Of a stretch of 12,698 nt of DNA, positions 7,401-12,698 are shown in pieces. The translations under genes and the position numbers were made by a program. The notes under the pieces are model-generated. The model saw only the letters and a list, made by a program, of their open reading frames with translations, was not told the origin of the DNA and searched no databases. The stretch comes from Trichoplax adhaerens. Taxonomy: Eukaryota > Animalia > Placozoa. Location: assembly GCF_000150275.1 (NCBI RefSeq), contig NW_002061080.1, forward strand, positions 1-12,698, read 5' to 3'. Each line of letters starts with the position of its first letter. Position 1 is the stretch's first letter.

Positions 7401-10400
7401 TACCAAATATATACATAATTTTATGGTAATCAAGAGAAAATGCTGGCAAAATCTTAATTATTCTATTGATAAACAGTTTAATATCGATATTTCACAATTA
7501 TAGTTGGTTACTACGTCTATCAATCACAGTTTGATGAGTTGAACTCCTCAAAAGTTATATCCGTATCTTATATGGATACAGTGAACTAACTATATTCACA
7601 ATGACTTCCATAAAATCCCGATGGGCAGTGACACTTATAATAATTTCTATGTAACGGTTCGCATGTTCCGTTGTTATGACACTCGTTTGGTTCGCAAGCA
7701 CCTTCATTAAAATTATACAAGTGAAGTTTTACAATCAATAAAGTTAAAGAGGAATACTAATATGAACTATATTGATTTGTTGATAAGCAACTGATTTTTT
7801 GTCTATTTGCTGTTTCTAAAATATTTACAGTAATTATTATCTATAACTGTGACGCTTTGGCAAGTTATAATATAAATCGACAAACCGAATTGACAAAGAC
7901 CACCATAATATCCATCTGAACAATTACATTTATATCCCCATTTAACCGGAATACAACGTCCATTCTTACATGGATTCTTAAAACAGTTATCTAAATATGC
8001 AGAAAATGTTTAAAATTTATAAAGATTATTTGATAATTATAAATTGTAAGATATGGGTATTTATAGATCTGCAAAGCTATAAAAGATCATAAATCTACCC
8101 AATTGACAGTGTTTGCCATAGTATCCTTCTTTACACTTGCACGTATAGCCATCTTTATTGGCAATACAAGTTCCATTCAAACATTTATTGTCAGAGCAAT
8201 AATCTAAAGGCATAAAAATAAATAGTAGAAACATTATATGATTATTTGGATTAAACCAATTCTGAACTAATAGTACAGTACTAGCTACTAAGGTTGCAAT
8301 TGAAACTGTACGTTCATCTAGTTTGATTTACAAGCGATTGCGGTCATGTGTGTTTTATTAAAGTAATGACAGAAATTTCAAAGAAACATTATCGACATCA
8401 TTAGGGATAACTTGCTGAATTGAATTAAGGCAGCTTCCGATTAATAAAGCTTTTTAAAATCTATCGGCAAAAGCTAGTGTACCCTCTTGGCAGTATCGAC
8501 CAGAGTATCCTTCATTACATTTACACGTATAGCCATTTTCATTTGCAATGCAAACCCCATGCGAGCATTGGTTATTAATACATTGACCTGAAATTAAAGT
8601 AAATTGAAGGAAAGTATTAATAATTTTAAATTTAAGCGTTATTACGATAATAAAGGGAATAGTCTAACATGATGGTTCAAAAATTTGAAATATTAGATTT
8701 TATTTAATTGTATAGCGCTTTCAATCTTGCAGATAAAGATTCGAGATTTGTATTAATACCGGTATCGGTTTTAAATTCCATTAATTTAAAAGTAATATAA
8801 TATTCAATCATCTATTAGAAAAATCATCGTATTTTAGTGATTATGCAAAAATGGATGTATGCATACCGTACTTAGTATTCAGTGTGTAAGTGTAGAATAT
8901 TGTTTAGAACGTAAAACTTTTAACCAGCTTTTGACATATTTAGCTATAAAAGTGATTTTACAATAAGGAATACCTTTGCAAGGCCTATAAGTATCAGAAT
9001 CGTTTAATTTATGTTATTTCCTAAGTAATTGGCTTTACCTACGTCACAGTGACTACCAGTTATGCCAGGTAGACATTTACATTTGTATCCATTCAAACCC
9101 TCTATACAGCTTCCCTTAACGCATGGATTAGAAGCACATTCTTTAATTTCTGAAATAGTAGTCAAATTACCAAGCAATAGGAGTTAATTTATACTATCGA
9201 GACTATTGTAGCTATACAAGGAAATTTAATTTCTTAGCTGCCTTAAAGTCAATTTAAGTTAGTGCAAAGAAATAAATTATATTTATCCCGGACAGTAGAT
9301 ATTTTACTCTGAATGATATTTCTTATGCTTTTGTAAGTATGAATTACGATTTTACCTTGATGGCAGTAAGTTCCTTCAAATCCTGCTCTGCACCGACAGT
9401 AAAATCCAGTCGAATTTGTTTGACAATTACCATTAAAGCAGGGATTGGGTTGACAATAATCTGTATACAATAGAGATTACAAGTTGTAGTCTACATACTA
9501 TCACTGTATTGCCTACATAAAACTACTGTAATTAGCTCAAATCGCTACACAGGTTAATTGCATTAATAAACGTTTAATATCATTTGTAATGCAATCTTTT
9601 ATAATTGTCAAATAGAGCTGAAAATAGTGCAATGCAAAAAAGAATATCGAAAGTGACTAAAATTACTGTCTTTTTAAGTATCTAACTTCTATCATAGTAG
9701 TAGTTAACTTCGCTGAACAGATTAAAAAAATTGCCATAACATATTGCTTAAATTAAAAGAATATGTAAAAGGATTAATTATCACTATCTCTGTCATTTGA
9801 ATGGATTTCAGTGCGAACAATTAGCTTAATTGAGGTAGACGAGATAAAGATAGCGTTATTTACCATATCGGTCTGAACAGTAGCGAAGATGGCATCCCGG
9901 CGGTGGAGGTAATTGATAAACGTAATAACTACCACAATTTTTGATCTGAACAGTATTCNNNNNNNNNNNNNNNNNNNNNNNNNNNNNNNNNNNNNNNNNN
10001 NNNNNNNNNNNNNNNNNNNNNNNNNNNNNNNNNNNNNNNNNNNNNNNNNNNNNNNNNNNNNNNNNNNNNNNNNNNNNNNNNNNNNNNNNNNNNNNNNNNN
10101 NNNNNNNNNNNNNNNNNNNNNNNNNNNNNNNNNNNNNNNNNNNNNNNNNNNNNNNNNNNNNNNNNNNNNNNNNNNNNNNNNNNNNNNNNNNNNNNNNNNN
10201 NNNNNNNNNNNNNNNNNNNNNNNNNNNNNNNNNNNNNNNNNNNNNNTATCAGCTAGTGCAATCGATTTTTTTACTAAATATTGCAAAGATGATGGTAATG
10301 TAAGGGTACTAAAAATGAACCATTTATGTGATGAACTGTAAAATAATTGCCAAAGATTTTTCTCTAGTGTAATGTATTGAAGAGACTACATTGCGAAGGA

Positions 10401-12492
10401 ATTTATCAATCAGGAAGCTCGAATATTAGATGTGTAGGATAAGTTTACAGAATTGTGTAAAGTATACCCAGCTACTGTTTTATATTACTGCACGTTAACA
10501 TGTTTCAGTAAGAGGAGATTGCTAGTCAATCTGAGCTACCGTACAATTAAATTTAATCAATAACAGCATACTAGGTCTATTTCCTACGACTGATTTTAAA
10601 TTGAGTAAATTGCCTAATATGAAGTTCTACCTGTAGGATGAGGTGTTACTAGCCATCCAGGAGCATTGGTTCCACATTGATTCATCATAACTTGTCTGGT
10701 AAGCATCATTTGACTATTTTTACCTCCATTAAATCGATACCAAGTGAAATTCTGTTTTATTATTTCATAATCACACAGGCTGAGTGTGTAACCTGAATAT
10801 TTAATGCTTCTTGTTGTGTCTTTAATATCTCTGTAGGACATACATGGATCTAAAAATGTACAAGAATAGATGGAACGATTAAAAATCCGATATTTTCCAC
10901 AATAAAGTTATTCGAGATAACAATGCAGATGCTACCTATGCAGGTTAGACCATCTGGCAGTAATATACGTCCTTTCTCACAAGAGCATTGGTAGCTACCG
11001 GGTGTATTAATGCAAATACCGGGACATCTTGAAATTCTCAGGTTGCATTCATCAATGTCTACTCAAAAATAATGAAATCGCTGCATTTTAATCTAATCAT
11101 TTCGTAAACAGTATATCAGTGCAAGATAACAGCATCCATAATAAACTATTGCTAGAAATCGGTGTGTAGATGTGTTCATTTTAACAATCATATACCTTGA
11201 TCACAGTTACGTCCTGTATATCCTTTCTTACATAAACATTGATAGTTCAAGCCGCGAGCTCGACAAAATCCATTGCGACATGGATTACTTTGGCATGGAT
11301 TAATCGCTAGAATAAGTTATTAAATTAAGTCAAATTTCAGTCATTCTGTAACTATTTTCGTATGGTTATTTATTCTGTTCTTTTAAAACTAGGATAAAGG
11401 TGTATTGCATTTGTAATTAATAACATCACTGTAATTACGGTATAGAACTCGTTTTACGTTAAATTTTACATATTGGAAACCACTTTATCTATAGAATAAA
11501 CGTTACAGAAACTTATAGCGGTAAACAAGTTTGCGAACATTAGAATATTATCTTCGTTTAAAGTAGACTAGTACCTATTTGACAATTCTGGCCAGTATAA
11601 TCAGCGGCACAAGTACATGTGTATCCACGAGCAGTTTGTGTACAGGTGCCGTGATTGCCGCAAGGATCAAACTCGCAAAAGTCTGTGAATTGAAATATAA
11701 AATTTCTATGTCGACGTGATAAAATTTCTACAAAATATTATAACTATAACTGCCAAGTTTTATAAAACTCCAGTTTGTTACATAAATTAATTTATCTATC
11801 TATAAATAAATATTAACAGTCTAAAGTACAATTTAATCTACTCTAGTACAGTCTTATCATTCTAATGACCTTAATCGCAACGCTAACTTTGGACTGCTCT
11901 ACAACCAATAATTAATATACTTATACAGCATATTTCGACCGGATATTAATAGTGGCAAATTATTATCACAGTCTATAAATGGGACTACAAAATAAGGAAA
12001 AAACGGGACTGCCAATGGCGGTCAGCGCAAAATAATGAAAAGGCTTATCATCTTCCCGGTCATTCTACTATACGGTACGAATGAAACCGTATACCATACT
12101 ACACAAAACCAACCTAGCAGCTAATTTAGATATCAATCACAGACAGTATAATGTGCCTTTACAGATATCCGATTCAGTTGAAATCGCCAGTAATACAATC
12201 AGCCTCATCATTATTATTATAGTCAACAACTGTTGGCAGTCCTGCTTCTTTCTACTTTTAGTAGTCTATGTCAATACTATCTCTGATAAAAACTATCCTA
12301 GGTTAGCCAATAGCTTTTATACGTTACCAATCTTGGTTGAACAGTAACGAGCACAAAGTGGAAAATGTGATGTTGAAGGCAAGCGATAAACCCAAAATGT
12401 ACCGCAATTTTTAACTTGAATTGTCGTCCTTAAATAGCAGCAATGACCGGAATAATGAAAACAAACAGTTCTGTTGACAATCCGATCAGATA
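4358..12492 (-). CDS. Gene 1 (spliced, 5'-partial): predicted extracellular protein with 2 D8C domains and 17 EGF-like domains, ending in 9 tandem mfp-2-like EGF repeats
   Basis: 20 exons assembled by hand. All introns are phase-1 GT-AG and all junction codons are sense. Stop TAG at 4358-4360; one exon is interrupted by an N-gap. Confidence 0.9.
5007..5117 (-). CDS. Gene 1 exon: EGF repeat R8
   Basis: 111 bp, taatgaag| ... A|gttagt; [37 protein letters not shown]. Confidence 0.92.
5691..5801 (-). CDS. Gene 1 exon: EGF repeat R7
   Basis: 111 bp, taatgcag| ... A|gttagt; [37 protein letters not shown]. Confidence 0.92.
6006..6116 (-). CDS. Gene 1 exon: EGF repeat R6
   Basis: 111 bp, taatgaag| ... 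A|gttagt; [37 protein letters not shown]. Confidence 0.92.
6319..6429 (-). CDS. Gene 1 exon: EGF repeat R5
   Basis: 111 bp, taacaaag|CT ... A|gttagt; [37 protein letters not shown]. Confidence 0.92.
6641..6751 (-). CDS. Gene 1 exon: EGF repeat R4
   Basis: 111 bp, aaatgaag| ... T|gttagt; [37 protein letters not shown]. Confidence 0.92.
6941..7051 (-). CDS. Gene 1 exon: EGF repeat R3
   Basis: 111 bp, taataaag| ... A|gtaggt; [37 protein letters not shown]. Confidence 0.92.
7277..7387 (-). CDS. Gene 1 exon: EGF repeat R2
   Basis: 111 bp, taataaag| ... A|gttagt; [37 protein letters not shown]. Confidence 0.92.
7591..7701 (-). CDS. Gene 1 exon: EGF repeat R1
   Basis: 111 bp, taatgaag| ... A|gttagt; [37 protein letters not shown]. 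Confidence 0.92.
7886..7990 (-). CDS. Gene 1 exon: EGF-like domain
   Basis: 105 bp, atttag| ... G|gtttg; [35 protein letters not shown]. Confidence 0.92.
8099..8203 (-). CDS. Gene 1 exon: EGF-like domain
   Basis: 105 bp, ctttag| ... G|gtaga; [35 protein letters not shown]. Confidence 0.92.
8483..8587 (-). CDS. Gene 1 exon: EGF-like domain
   Basis: 105 bp, tttcag| ... G|gtaca; [35 protein letters not shown]. Confidence 0.92.
9039..9149 (-). CDS. Gene 1 exon: Notch-type (Ca-binding-like) EGF domain
   Basis: 111 bp, tttcag| ... G|gtaaa; [37 protein letters not shown]. Confidence 0.93.
9356..9460 (-). CDS. Gene 1 exon: EGF-like domain
   Basis: 105 bp, atacag| ... G|gtaaa; [35 protein letters not shown] (lies within ORF 9249..9470). 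Confidence 0.93.
9864..10252 (-). CDS. Gene 1 exon: C-terminal half of second D8C domain, interrupted by N-gap 9959-10246
   Basis: 9864-9958 reads [31 protein letters not shown] then G|gtaaat. A probable acceptor cactag|CT GAT A lies at 10252, just before the gap; the 5' boundary is tentative. Confidence 0.85.
9959..10246. other. Assembly gap (N)
   Basis: Run of N inside a D8C exon. Confidence 1.
10631..10849 (-). CDS. Gene 1 exon: N-terminal half of second D8C domain
   Basis: 219 bp, tttttag| ... G|gtaga; [73 protein letters not shown], with the WYRF and CGT.APGWL...HP signature. Confidence 0.94.
10936..11058 (-). CDS. Gene 1 exon: calcium-binding EGF domain (fibrillin/fibulin type)
   Basis: 123 bp, gagtag| ... 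G|gtagc; [41 protein letters not shown], matching the DIDEC...C.NTPGSY.C.C consensus. Confidence 0.94.
11196..11306 (-). CDS. Gene 1 exon: EGF-like domain
   Basis: 111 bp, ttctag| ... G|gtata; [37 protein letters not shown]. Confidence 0.93.
11575..11682 (-). CDS. Gene 1 exon: EGF-like domain
   Basis: 108 bp, tcacag| ... G|gtact; [36 protein letters not shown]. Confidence 0.93.
   Translation of the reverse strand, partial: TFASLILAAITAPVHKLLVDTHVLVPLIILARIVK
12328..12492 (-). CDS. Gene 1 exon: C-terminal half of first visible D8C domain
   Basis: 165 bp, ctgatag| ... G|gtaac; [54 protein letters not shown], with the R.VCFH..G.CC......VKNC....VY.L.....RYC signature. Confidence 0.93.
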
Positions 12493-12698
12493 CTATCAGT
12501 AATGAATAATAATAAGATGAATAATAAACAAATTAGTGATTTGAAGCTGCAGGTTTTGTGAAAATATCTATCTTGTGAGAGATAGCGAAGAAGCGAGAGA
12601 ATAAATATCAATCATAAATAGTATTCTTGTAATGGCTACGTGACTATGTGATGCGTATCTAAGCTACTACAAGTGATGATTTATATCGCATGAAAATA

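Larger units (their letters stand above)
5691..7740. repeat. Tandem array of exon+intron units, period 300-336 bp
   Basis: Exon starts at 5691, 6006, 6319, 6641, 6941, 7277 and 7591. Introns 5802-6005 and 6117-6318 align along most of their length; introns 6752-6940, 7052-7276 and 7388-7590 share tgatatttca and tagtttgat blocks. Confidence 0.9.

Noticed and set aside
5974-7418. Plus-strand ORFs 5974..6186, 6155..6481, 6900..7088 and 7188..7418, which look like a family of small hydrophobic peptides
   Set aside because: They are antisense shadows of the same exons. Substitutions between copies are largely synonymous in the minus-strand EGF frame.
5001-7590. Regularly spaced (ga)actaac motif resembling a CRISPR repeat or a plus-strand branch point (TACTAAC)
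   Set aside because: It is the reverse complement of the GTTAGT donor of each exon. The ~315-bp period, the eukaryotic context and the absence of cas genes exclude CRISPR.
5691-7701. Dscam-like mutually exclusive exon cluster
   Set aside because: The introns (~190-225 bp) are long enough for sequential splicing, all consecutive junctions are sense, and the T|CT junction favours ordered inclusion. I saw no docking/selector complementarity. It cannot be excluded without transcripts.
11888-12075. Signal-peptide-like stretches (minus [15 protein letters not shown] before a gttagc donor; plus [13 protein letters not shown])
   Set aside because: The minus one has an in-frame TAA and no ATG or acceptor. 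The plus one has no convincing downstream exon. Both lie inside a gene 1 intron.
12081-12347. Plus-strand 88-aa ORF
   Set aside because: No recognisable motif, low-complexity Ile/Leu runs, and it overlaps a true minus-strand exon and intron.

Overview
AT-rich eukaryotic (animal) genomic DNA from a draft assembly with three N-gaps; it is not prokaryotic. The minus strand carries two spliced genes that the ORF track largely misses. Gene 1 (about 4358 to >12492, 5' end outside the window) has 20 visible exons, all joined by phase-1 GT-AG introns. It encodes [second half of a UMOD/GP2/OIT3-type D8C domain] - EGF - EGF - Ca-binding EGF - D8C - 5 EGF - 9 tandem 37-aa Tyr/His/Arg/Lys-rich EGF repeats - stop. 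There is no ZP domain, transmembrane helix or GPI signal after the repeats. The 9 terminal repeats arose by duplication of ~300-340 bp exon+intron units, share unusual splice sites (AAG acceptors, A|GTTAGT donors), and resemble the EGF repeats of mussel adhesive plaque protein mfp-2. Gene 2 (downstream, same strand) is a paralog with a clear D8C first-half exon at 1006-1227 and tentative signal-peptide micro-exons. Its introns contain 101-bp and 113-bp tandem repeats and a Helitron-like 3' terminus. Compact introns, low GC and D8C/EGF expansion would fit an early-branching or marine invertebrate such as a placozoan, but the taxon is an inference only.
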